A DNA stretch of 59,430 nucleotides from an uncultured Rikenellaceae bacterium (GTDB lineage Bacteria; Bacteroidota; Bacteroidia; Bacteroidales; VadinHA17). The position numbers were made by a program, and so were the translations under genes. Below the pieces are notes generated by a model that was given only the letters and a program-made list of their open reading frames with translations, was not told the origin of the DNA and did not search any database. Positions 8,550 through 16,767 of this stretch are shown here, one piece after another. Within the stretch, counting starts at the first letter, position 1. Each line of letters begins with the position of its first letter. The DNA lies in the NCBI GenBank assembly GCA_964516485.1, contig CAZEYY010000002.1:3047-62476 (forward strand), in the 5' to 3' direction.

Positions 8550-9670
8550 CTGCTTCTGCCTTTTTTCAGCCCGTTTTTACCTATATAAAGAATTGAATAG
8601 ATTAGTGGTGAAAAGATATCAAAAAAAAGTGATACGGGGACTATTCCCGGCTCATTCAATTTTCTGCTTATGAGGAACAATGAAATGACCTGAACAAGCA
8701 GTCTGAGTCCGAAGATTCCCAGAACATAGGGCCAAAGAAAACAGTATGACAAAAGAATTATTAATGCTGAATAGAAAATGACTCTTGAGGCAGGTTCTGT
8801 AAAAAGAAGGATCTTATGCTTCATCCTGTAATGTGGCGCTGTTGTATAGTGCCTTCTTTTCTGCTTGAAATATTCAGATATGCTGTTTGCCGGGACAGAC
8901 CTTGTGTGAGCACCTGCCCTGAATTCAACAACAGTGTTCTCTTTAGTTGCATTTCCGTTCACAATGAGATCATCATCTCCTGAAGCAAGCTGATTATGAG
9001 CTCCATAGCCCTTGTTGGCAAAAAACAGAGACTTCCTGTAAGCCAGATTCCTGCCTACTCCCATATAAGGTATTCCCCTTATTGCCATTCCAAGGTACTG
9101 CATCGCAATTGTCATGGCATCATAACGGACAAAGCAGTTCAGGATTCCCTTTTCACGGAAATATCCTCCGTAACCAAGCACAAAAGTGGTTTTTTCATCA
9201 AAATGGCTCATCATTGTTTCAAGCCACTTGTCTGAATCAGGTCTGCAGTCGGCATCCGTGAAAAGAAGCAGTTCGTTTTTTGAAGCCTTGATACCGATGA
9301 ACTGCGCAAGCTTTTTATTATGAGTGAACTTTGGATCCTTGTTTATCGTGGAAACCCTGAGGTGAGGATATTTCAACAGGTATTTTCCCAGTATGTCATA
9401 CGTATGATCCTCTGAACAGTCATTAACAACAATTACTTCATAATCGGGATATTTTTGTTCCAGAATGAGGGGAAGGAAGGCATCAAGGTTTTCACCTTCA
9501 TTTCTTGCACATATTATTACTGAAACCGCCTGCGGCTCCGTCTTTTTAACTGCGGGAGCATGAAAATATAAAGCCAGATAATACCACAGGTAGTAAAAGA
9601 GCTGAATTAGTGCTGCTGCGGAAAAAAACCAGAAAACTACTGCTAAAAATATACTGTCCTGACCCAACAT
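8540..9670 (-). CDS. Family 2 glycosyltransferase, membrane-associated
   Basis: GT2 blocks are VSVIICARNE, YEVIVVNDCSED and FTDADC. TM helices are present at both ends. Confidence 0.8.
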   Translation of the reverse strand: MLGQDSIFLAVVFWFFSAAALIQLFYYLWYYLALYFHAPAVKKTEPQAVSVIICARNEGENLDAFLPLILEQKYPDYEVIVVNDCSEDHTYDILGKYLLKYPHLRVSTINKDPKFTHNKKLAQFIGIKASKNELLLFTDADCRPDSDKWLETMMSHFDEKTTFVLGYGGYFREKGILNCFVRYDAMTIAMQYLGMAIRGIPYMGVGRNLAYRKSLFFANKGYGAHNQLASGDDDLIVNGNATKENTVVEFRAGAHTRSVPANSISEYFKQKRRHYTTAPHYRMKHKILLFTEPASRVIFYSALIILLSYCFLWPYVLGIFGLRLLVQVISLFLISRKLNEPGIVPVSLFFDIFSPLIYSILYIGKNGLKKGRSRWK

Positions 9671-9898
9671 CTGACTTTCAATTATATGGCAATATTAATT
9701 AATTAAACGATTAAGTAATCAGGTGAGTCTCAACTGAACATGTTTCTCTCAGGTTCTGCTTATCGAATCGCTGCGGCAAAATTATAAGATTATGGGAAAT
9801 TCATATTAAAACATTGTAATTACTCTCACAGATATGTCTCCCTTAATCATGGTATCAAAAAAAAGCTGCTATAATTTTTACAGGCAACATGTAACGAT

Positions 9899-9906
9899 TA
9901 CATTTG
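9899..9906 (+). promoter_or_regulatory. Candidate -7 box (TAcaTTTG) for tgt
   Basis: It lies 24 nt upstream of the ATG at 9930 and inside the track's N-terminal extension. Confidence 0.35.
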
Positions 9907-9929
9907 TGCTGCAATTTTATCAGTTATTT

Positions 9930-11057
9930 ATGTTCAGTATAGAGAGCAGGGATACTCATTCGAATGCACGCACAGGGCTGCTGACAACAGCGCATGGAGA
10001 TATTCCGACTCCTATATTCATGCCCGTGGGAACCGTAGGTACCGTAAAAGGTGTGATGCAACGTGATCTTTCGGATGACATCGATGCCCGGATAATACTT
10101 GGCAACACTTATCATCTTTATCTGAGGCCGGGGCTTGATATCCTGAAAGCTGCAGGAGGTCTGCACAGGTTCATGGGATGGGAGCGGCCCATACTCACTG
10201 ACAGCGGAGGATACCAGGTATTCTCGCTTACGGGCAATATGAAACTTACCGAGGAGGGCGCACAGTTCAAATCGCATATTGATGGTTCAAAACATATCTT
10301 CACTCCCGAGAATACTGTTTATATTCAAAGGATTATAGGCGCTGATATAATGATGGCCTTCGATGAGTGTGCTCCGTGGCCTGCTGATTACAATTACGTC
10401 AAAAAATCAGTTGCACTTACTCACAGGTGGCTCGACAGGGCCGTGAACCGCTTCAGGGAAACTGATCAGCTGTGGGACTGGGAGCAATACCTGTTTCCCA
10501 TTGTACAGGGCGGCACCTATGATGACCTGAGAAGGGAATCTGCAGAAAAAATTGCTTCAAAAAATATGGAAGGGAACGCGATTGGCGGACTTTCAGTAGG
10601 CGAACCGGCAGAAGAGATGTACAGGGTTATTGAGGTTGTAAATGAGATACTGCCTGCTGATAAGCCGCGTTATCTGATGGGTGTCGGAACCCCGGTAAAC
10701 ATACTTGAGGCAATCGACAGGGGAATAGATATGTTCGATTGTGTTATGCCGACACGAAATGGCAGGAATGGAATGATCTTTACAGGAGAGGGGACAATCA
10801 ATATAAGGAATAAAAAGTGGCAGGATGATTTCAGCCCGATTGATCCCTCCGGGCCCTCATTTGTAAGCCTGAATTATTCAAAAGCTTACCTGAGGCATCT
10901 TGTAATGGCAGGAGAGAACCTTGGAGCACAGATCGCAAGCATACACAACCTTGCCTTCTACCTGCGTCTTGTAGGTGAAGCAAGGGAAAAGATACGTGAA
11001 GGAATCTTCAGACAATGGAAGAATTCAATGGTAAAAAAACTTTCAGTGAGGCTCTAG
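9930..11057 (+). CDS. tgt: tRNA-guanine transglycosylase (queuine tRNA-ribosyltransferase)
   Basis: Matching blocks are ARTGLLTTAHGDIPTPIFMPVGT, LTDSGGYQVFSL, MAFDEC and CVMPTRNGRNG. Confidence 0.9.
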   Translation: MFSIESRDTHSNARTGLLTTAHGDIPTPIFMPVGTVGTVKGVMQRDLSDDIDARIILGNTYHLYLRPGLDILKAAGGLHRFMGWERPILTDSGGYQVFSLTGNMKLTEEGAQFKSHIDGSKHIFTPENTVYIQRIIGADIMMAFDECAPWPADYNYVKKSVALTHRWLDRAVNRFRETDQLWDWEQYLFPIVQGGTYDDLRRESAEKIASKNMEGNAIGGLSVGEPAEEMYRVIEVVNEILPADKPRYLMGVGTPVNILEAIDRGIDMFDCVMPTRNGRNGMIFTGEGTINIRNKKWQDDFSPIDPSGPSFVSLNYSKAYLRHLVMAGENLGAQIASIHNLAFYLRLVGEAREKIREGIFRQWKNSMVKKLSVRL

Positions 11058-12151
11058 CTTCCCTGAAAATAAAGAGGATCGACAGATATATTATAAGGAA
11101 GTTCCTGGGAACTTTCTTCTTTGCCATTGTGCTTATTCTTACTGTTGCAGTGGTATTCGACTTCGCCGAGAAAATCGACAACTTCATGGAAAAGGAGGCC
11201 CCGGTAAAGGCTATTATCTTCGATTACTACTTCAATTTCATACCATATTTCGCGACACTTTTTGCCCCCCTGTTTGTATTTATCTCTGTTATTTTTTTCA
11301 CATCAAAAATGGCTATAAATACCGAGATCATTGCAATACTCAACAGCGGTATGAGCTTCAGGAGGATGATGTGGCCGTATCTTCTGTCGGCTTTCGTAAT
11401 AGCAGTTTTTGCATTTGTCCTCACTAATTTCATTATACCGCGGGCAAACCTGGACCGGATGGATTTCGAAGACAAGTATTACAGGTCGGTGAGCAGGAAA
11501 GTTACTGTCGAAAACATTCATCGTCAGGTGTTCCCGAATGTGTATGTTTTTATGGGTACCTATAACCCGATCAGCCAGCGCGGACAGAATTTCACTCTTG
11601 AAAGGTTCAATGATTCCGGCAGGCTTGTATCAAAGCTTTCTTCACCAACAGTGGTTTTTGATACTCTTACAAATAAATGGTCTGCTATTAATTATACCCT
11701 GCGGGAAATTACCGACAGGGAGGAAGTATTGACTAAGGGAAAACAGCTTGACACCACCCTGACAATCACACCCCGTGATTTTTCGAAGGATCCCGGCTTT
11801 GTAGGTACAATGACATACAGGGAACTTAATGATTATATTGATCTTCTCAAACTGCAGGGATCAGACGAACTGAAACTTTTTCTCATTGAAAAGCACAGGC
11901 GTTTCTCCAATCCCTTTGCAGTCTTCATACTTACATTCATAGGAGTATCTCTTTCTTCAAGAAAGGTCAGGGGAGGGATAGGCATGAACATAGGGATCGG
12001 CCTTGTGCTGAGTTTTTCATACATCCTCTTCCTCCAGTTTGCTTCCCAGTTTTCACTTAAGGGTGATCTTAGTCCCTGGCTTGCAATGTGGATCCCGAAC
12101 ATCCTGTATGCTTTAATTGCAATGGGCCTGTATAAGATGGCCCCGAAGTGA
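11015..12151 (+). CDS. LptF/LptG family permease (YjgP/YjgQ)
   Basis: It has the IDRYIIRKFLGTFFF N-terminus, three N-terminal and three C-terminal TM helices, and a central periplasmic domain. The start is uncertain because the ATG at 11015 overlaps tgt by 43 nt. Confidence 0.75.
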   Translation: MEEFNGKKTFSEALASLKIKRIDRYIIRKFLGTFFFAIVLILTVAVVFDFAEKIDNFMEKEAPVKAIIFDYYFNFIPYFATLFAPLFVFISVIFFTSKMAINTEIIAILNSGMSFRRMMWPYLLSAFVIAVFAFVLTNFIIPRANLDRMDFEDKYYRSVSRKVTVENIHRQVFPNVYVFMGTYNPISQRGQNFTLERFNDSGRLVSKLSSPTVVFDTLTNKWSAINYTLREITDREEVLTKGKQLDTTLTITPRDFSKDPGFVGTMTYRELNDYIDLLKLQGSDELKLFLIEKHRRFSNPFAVFILTFIGVSLSSRKVRGGIGMNIGIGLVLSFSYILFLQFASQFSLKGDLSPWLAMWIPNILYALIAMGLYKMAPK

Positions 12152-12220
12152 TTATTGTGACCATTGTCATTAATTTTTCCGGTAATTTTTTTTTAGTTTG
12201 CTTGCTTAAAACCAGCTTAT

Positions 12221-13765
12221 ATGCCAGATAATAAAAAGATACGTGAACTTAAGGAAAAGCGTGAAAAGCTTTTACTCGGAGGTGGTGAACAGGCCATCGA
12301 AAAACAAAAAGCCATGGGCAAAAGAACAGCCCGTGAAAGGATACTTGGACTCCTTGACAAAGATTCATTCAATGAATATGACCTTTTTGTTGAGCATGAT
12401 GCACACGATTTCGATATGGACAAGAAATCGCTGCCTACTGACGGTGTTATTATCGGGACAGGAACAATCTACGGTGCTCCCGTTGCAATTTTTGCCCAGG
12501 ATTTTACAGTTGCCGGCGGTTCACTCGGCCTTATGCATTCGAGGAAGATAACTAAGATAATGGATCATGCGCTTAAAATGCGTATGCCTCTTATAGGTAT
12601 AAATGACTCAGGCGGTGCCAGGATACAGGAAGGTGTTAATTCCCTTGCAGGCTATGGCGAGATCTTTTTCAGGAATACAATATCAAGTGGCGTGATCCCA
12701 CAGATTTCCGTTATACTCGGTCCCTGTGCCGGTGGCGCAGTCTATTCCCCGGCTCTTACTGATTTTGTTTTTGTCGTGGATAACATCTCAAAGATGTTTA
12801 TTACGGGTCCGGAAGTAATAAAGACTGTGCTCGGTGAGGAAATATCGATGGAGGATCTCGGAGGTGCAAGGGTGCACAGTGAGATAACAGGCAATGCTCA
12901 CTTCTTTGCCCGCAGTGAAGAAGAGTGCTTTGAACAGATCAAGAAGCTTGTAACATTTATTCCATGGCATAATGGTAAAAAAGCAAGGCCTTTCGAGCCT
13001 GCCGAGCCGCTTAAAGAATATAATATCAATAAGATAATGCCTGAAGACCCTACCCATCCCTACGATATAAAGGATGTGATAAGGGCTATTGCAGATAATT
13101 CCGATTTCTTTGAAATAATGGAACTGTATGCCAAAAACATAGTTATCGGCTTCGGGCGAATGGGAGGGAAGACAACAGGATTTGTTGCAAACCAGCCTCT
13201 TGAGATGGCAGGAGTGCTTGATGTTGATTCATCCGACAAGGCGGCCCGGTTCATAAGATACTGTGATGCCTTCAATATTCCGATAATCACTCTTGTTGAC
13301 CTTCCCGGTTACCTTCCAGGTGTTGATCAGGAACATGCAGGTGTTATAAGGCACGGAGCAAAAGTACTTTATGCTTACAGTGAGGCAACAGTGCCAAAAC
13401 TGACAGTTATTCTCAGGAAAGCCTACGGAGGTGGTTATATTGCAATGAGCTCCCGTCACCTGAGAGCTGACTTTGTCTTTGCATGGCCGACAGCAGAAAT
13501 AGCAGTCATGGGCCCTGAAGGAGCTGCAAACATTATTTTCAGAAAGGAAATCATGTCAGCTCCTGATCCCGAGCAGATGCGGAAACAGAAGGTTGAAGAG
13601 TACAAAATGAAATTCGCTAATCCTTATGTTGCAGCTTCACGCGGCTATGTTGATGCCGTTATTGAACCTTCTGAAACCCGCAGGATATTGCTGCATTCAA
13701 TTGAAATATCAGACGCCAAGGATGTCCCTATGCCAGCAAAAAAGCATGGTCTGCCGCCATTCTGA
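12221..13765 (+). CDS. Acyl-CoA carboxylase carboxyltransferase subunit (methylmalonyl-CoA decarboxylase alpha / propionyl-CoA carboxylase beta type)
   Basis: It shows strong carboxyltransferase blocks throughout: FAQDFTVAGGSLG, INDSGGARIQEG, PCAGGAVYSPALTDF, VDLPGYLPG and RKAYGGGYIAM. Confidence 0.85.
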   Translation: MPDNKKIRELKEKREKLLLGGGEQAIEKQKAMGKRTARERILGLLDKDSFNEYDLFVEHDAHDFDMDKKSLPTDGVIIGTGTIYGAPVAIFAQDFTVAGGSLGLMHSRKITKIMDHALKMRMPLIGINDSGGARIQEGVNSLAGYGEIFFRNTISSGVIPQISVILGPCAGGAVYSPALTDFVFVVDNISKMFITGPEVIKTVLGEEISMEDLGGARVHSEITGNAHFFARSEEECFEQIKKLVTFIPWHNGKKARPFEPAEPLKEYNINKIMPEDPTHPYDIKDVIRAIADNSDFFEIMELYAKNIVIGFGRMGGKTTGFVANQPLEMAGVLDVDSSDKAARFIRYCDAFNIPIITLVDLPGYLPGVDQEHAGVIRHGAKVLYAYSEATVPKLTVILRKAYGGGYIAMSSRHLRADFVFAWPTAEIAVMGPEGAANIIFRKEIMSAPDPEQMRKQKVEEYKMKFANPYVAASRGYVDAVIEPSETRRILLHSIEISDAKDVPMPAKKHGLPPF

Positions 13766-13795
13766 TCCTTGTTGAAGAGAATTATTATACTGAAA

Positions 13796-14116
13796 ATGAA
13801 TAGCATGGAAGATAATCTTGAATATCTTAATATAAACTCAGGACTGTACAAAACAAGGATCAATCCAAGGTTCAGGAACAGGAAAAAATACAAGCCTGCT
13901 GATCCGAAGCTTATTTATAGTTTTATCCCTGGTGTCATCATTGAGATTCTGGTACATGAAGGCCAGAAAGTCAGACTGGGTGACGAGCTCATGATACTCG
14001 AGGCAATGAAAATGAAGAACCGGATAAAATGCAGTCTTGACGGTGCAATTAAGAAAATTGTCGTGAAACAGGGTGCAAAAGTACCAAAGGGCACACTGCT
14101 GATAGAACTTGAATAG
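13796..14116 (+). CDS. Biotin carboxyl-carrier (biotinyl/lipoyl attachment) protein
   Basis: It has the biotinylation motif LEAMKMKN in a ~70-aa lipoyl-like fold. The start could be the ATG at 13796 or the TTG at 13769. Confidence 0.75.
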   Translation: MNSMEDNLEYLNINSGLYKTRINPRFRNRKKYKPADPKLIYSFIPGVIIEILVHEGQKVRLGDELMILEAMKMKNRIKCSLDGAIKKIVVKQGAKVPKGTLLIELE

Positions 14117-14120
14117 AATT

Positions 14121-14951
14121 TTATTGAAGTGATCCCTGCCAGATAAGATGTTTCTTCAGCTTATCCGGAATTGCATGCCTTGACTTGAAGATGCCATAAA
14201 CTGAAGATCCGCTTCCGGACATGAGGCTGAATACAGCACCGGCTTCATACAGTTCCTGCCGGATTTTCCCTATAAGAGGATGCTTTGAAAAGACATTGCC
14301 TTCGAAATCGTTGACAACCTTTGATTTCCATTTTTCAGGAGGAAGATTTTCAATTATCTGCAACAATGACTCTTCAGGTTTTGCAGGTTTGCAGTTCTGA
14401 TATGCTTCCTTTGTGCTTACATGAATACCCGGATTAAGAAGGACCATGTAGTAATTCTTCAGGATTTCCTTCGTGGTCAGAGTCATTTTTTCACCACGTC
14501 CTGTTGCATAAGAAGCCCGGGCTTCTATAAAGAAAGGACAGTCGCTGCCGAGCTCCAGGGCAATTGATCGCAGCTCTTCACAGCTCATGTTAAGTGTAAA
14601 AAGCCTGTTCAGTCCGGAAAGCATGTATGCAGCATCTGCTGACCCTCCTCCCAGTCCGGCACCTGCCGGTATTGCCTTGTGCAGATGAATCTTAAGTGAA
14701 GGAAATGAGTGTATTCTCCTGAGCTTTTCTGCTGCTTTAAGAACCAGGTTGTCACAGGGATTTCCGCCCGGATTAATCCCAGTTATTACCAGCTTGTCTT
14801 TCTGACCTTTCCTGTCATTCACAACAAATTCAAGGGCATCGGTAAATGGCAGAGGGAGAAAGAAAGTCTCGATATCATGGTATCCGTCATCCCTTCTGGC
14901 GGTTATTCTCAGGCCCAGATTTATCTTTGCTCGCGGAAATACTACCATCAC
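14121..14951 (-). CDS. ispE: 4-diphosphocytidyl-2-C-methyl-D-erythritol kinase
   Basis: Matching blocks are AKINLGLRITARRDDGYHDIET and the GHMP motif PAGAGLGGGSADAA. Confidence 0.85.
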   Translation of the reverse strand: MMVVFPRAKINLGLRITARRDDGYHDIETFFLPLPFTDALEFVVNDRKGQKDKLVITGINPGGNPCDNLVLKAAEKLRRIHSFPSLKIHLHKAIPAGAGLGGGSADAAYMLSGLNRLFTLNMSCEELRSIALELGSDCPFFIEARASYATGRGEKMTLTTKEILKNYYMVLLNPGIHVSTKEAYQNCKPAKPEESLLQIIENLPPEKWKSKVVNDFEGNVFSKHPLIGKIRQELYEAGAVFSLMSGSGSSVYGIFKSRHAIPDKLKKHLIWQGSLQ

Positions 14952-15119
14952 CTTTTATTTTATGTAAAAATACATGATGCAATTCATTTTGCTGCCCTAA
15001 ATGTCTGTTAATGCTTTTCAACAAGTTTTTAACAAGATCTGTTTGTAATAAAAAGCCGGATTTTTACAAGTATTGTATTCTTGTTGTCATACCTTTATCA
15101 GGCCCCTGTTAATCCGGGT

Positions 15120-15127
15120 TATATTTG
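15120..15127 (+). promoter_or_regulatory. Candidate -7 box (TAtaTTTG) for dnaB
   Basis: It lies 31 nt upstream of the ATG at 15158. Confidence 0.35.
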
Positions 15128-15157
15128 TAATTGTAAGTAAATAAGGTATTTATATAG

Positions 15158-16678
15158 ATGGCAAAAGCTGTAAACTCGCCTAAAAAGACAGTAATGGTAC
15201 TTCCTGATTTCGGGAAAGTGCCTCCGCAGGCGCTCGATATGGAGGAAGCTGTACTTGGCGCTGCAATGCTTGAAAAGGAATCTGTAATAACTATTCTCGA
15301 TATATTAAAACCTGAGAGTTTCTACAAGGAAGCTCATCAGAAGATTTTCAAGGCAATATCCGATCTCAATGCCAGAGAGTATCCTGTTGACCTGTATACA
15401 GTTACTGAGGAACTGAGGGCTAACGGTCTTCTTGAAAGCGTTGGGGGACCGGTTTATCTTACGCAGCTTACAGCAAAAATTGTATCTGCCGCTAATGCCG
15501 ATTATCATGCCAGGATAGTTGCCCAGAAATATATCCAGCGCGAGCTTATCAGGGTTTCGACAATGATCCAGACAAGATCGTTTGATGATACTGAAGATAT
15601 TACCGAATTGCTCGATTTTTCCGAGAATGAGATATTCCAGATAGCCGAGGGCAACATAAAGAGAGAAATTGCTCCGATTAATTCTGTAATAAAGGATGCA
15701 ATACGCGAAATTGAGGCTGCTGGTAAGAGGGAAGACGCACTTGTGGGGACTCCTTCCGGATTCACAAAGCTTGACAGGCTGACATCAGGGTGGCAGAAGG
15801 CAGAACTTGTTATTATAGCTGCGAGACCCTCTATGGGAAAAACTGCCTTTGCACTTTCAATGGCACGCAATATGGCTGTTGAACATGGTAAATATGTTGC
15901 GATATTCTCATGTGAAATGTCCTCAGTTCAGCTTGTGAACCGTCTTATCGTTGCAGAAACAGAGATTCCCGGTGATAAGATAAAGAACGGACGTCTGAAC
16001 GAAGAGGAGTGGAAACAGCTAGATACGAGGATCAGGAAACTTGTTCAGGCGCCTATTTTTATCGATGATACTCCTGCTATATCAATAAGTGAACTCCGTG
16101 GCAAATGCAGACGCCTTATGGCTCAGCATAAGCTTGATGTTGTAATCGTTGACTACCTGCAGCTTATGTCGGGACCTGAAAATGCCGGAAGCCGTGAACA
16201 GGAGGTTAGTACTATTTCAAGGTCGCTTAAAAGTATAGCAAAGGAGCTTAATGTGCCTATCCTTGCTCTCTCTCAGCTTAACCGTTCTGTAGAGATGAGG
16301 GGAGGCTCAAAAAGACCTCTCCTGTCCGACCTGCGTGAATCGGGAGCAATTGAACAGGATGCCGATATGGTGGTCTTCATCCACAGACAGGAAAAATTCG
16401 GAATACCTGAATTTGAGGATGGTACATCAACAAAAGGAATTGCTGAGATCATACTCGCAAAGAACAGGAACGGCCCTGTTGATGACGTGAGACTCCGTTT
16501 CAGGGAAGAGAAGGCTCAGTTCGTTGATATTGATGATTTTGAATTCGAAAATGAGCCGGATGGCAAGCCGGTTCAGAGCATGACGTTCGGATCAAAAATG
16601 AACCATGACAATTTCAGGAAACTGGGAGGGGAGTTCGATAACGAATCAAATCTCCATGACGAACCTCCTTTCGCATAG
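15158..16678 (+). CDS. dnaB: Replicative DNA helicase
   Basis: Matching blocks are PPQALDMEEAVLGA, Walker A ARPSMGKTAF, IVDYLQLM and SQLNRSVE..RPLLSDLRESGAIEQDAD. Confidence 0.92.
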   Translation: MAKAVNSPKKTVMVLPDFGKVPPQALDMEEAVLGAAMLEKESVITILDILKPESFYKEAHQKIFKAISDLNAREYPVDLYTVTEELRANGLLESVGGPVYLTQLTAKIVSAANADYHARIVAQKYIQRELIRVSTMIQTRSFDDTEDITELLDFSENEIFQIAEGNIKREIAPINSVIKDAIREIEAAGKREDALVGTPSGFTKLDRLTSGWQKAELVIIAARPSMGKTAFALSMARNMAVEHGKYVAIFSCEMSSVQLVNRLIVAETEIPGDKIKNGRLNEEEWKQLDTRIRKLVQAPIFIDDTPAISISELRGKCRRLMAQHKLDVVIVDYLQLMSGPENAGSREQEVSTISRSLKSIAKELNVPILALSQLNRSVEMRGGSKRPLLSDLRESGAIEQDADMVVFIHRQEKFGIPEFEDGTSTKGIAEIILAKNRNGPVDDVRLRFREEKAQFVDIDDFEFENEPDGKPVQSMTFGSKMNHDNFRKLGGEFDNESNLHDEPPFA

Positions 16679-16710
16679 GATATTAAAGTAAGTCTGACAC
16701 AATCTGCGTA

Positions 16711-16737
16711 ATCTGCGGGAGACTATTTCCCGCAGAT
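16711..16737. terminator. Bidirectional hairpin between convergent dnaB and the DUF5686 gene
   Basis: The hairpin is atctgcggga-gactatt-tcccgcagat, a perfect 10-bp stem. Flanking imperfect repeats extend the stem. Confidence 0.6.
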
Positions 16738-16767
16738 CTCGCTGATTTGCGCTGATAAAGAAGATGA

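Noticed and set aside
11015-11057. The 43-nt overlap between tgt and the LptF/G permease gene, considered as evidence of frameshifting or a gene fusion.
   Set aside because: The two genes are in different frames, both with complete family-typical termini. The overlap probably reflects an uncertain permease start codon rather than recoding.
12221-14116. Calling this operon a sodium-pumping methylmalonyl-CoA decarboxylase.
   Set aside because: The membrane beta (pump) subunit and the delta subunit are absent from the window. Only the carboxyltransferase and a biotin carrier can be supported.
14952-15157. The 206-nt region upstream of dnaB, considered as a possible replication origin or DnaA-box cluster.
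   Set aside because: I could not find TTATCCACA-like boxes or an AT-rich unwinding repeat. Only an ordinary promoter box is present.
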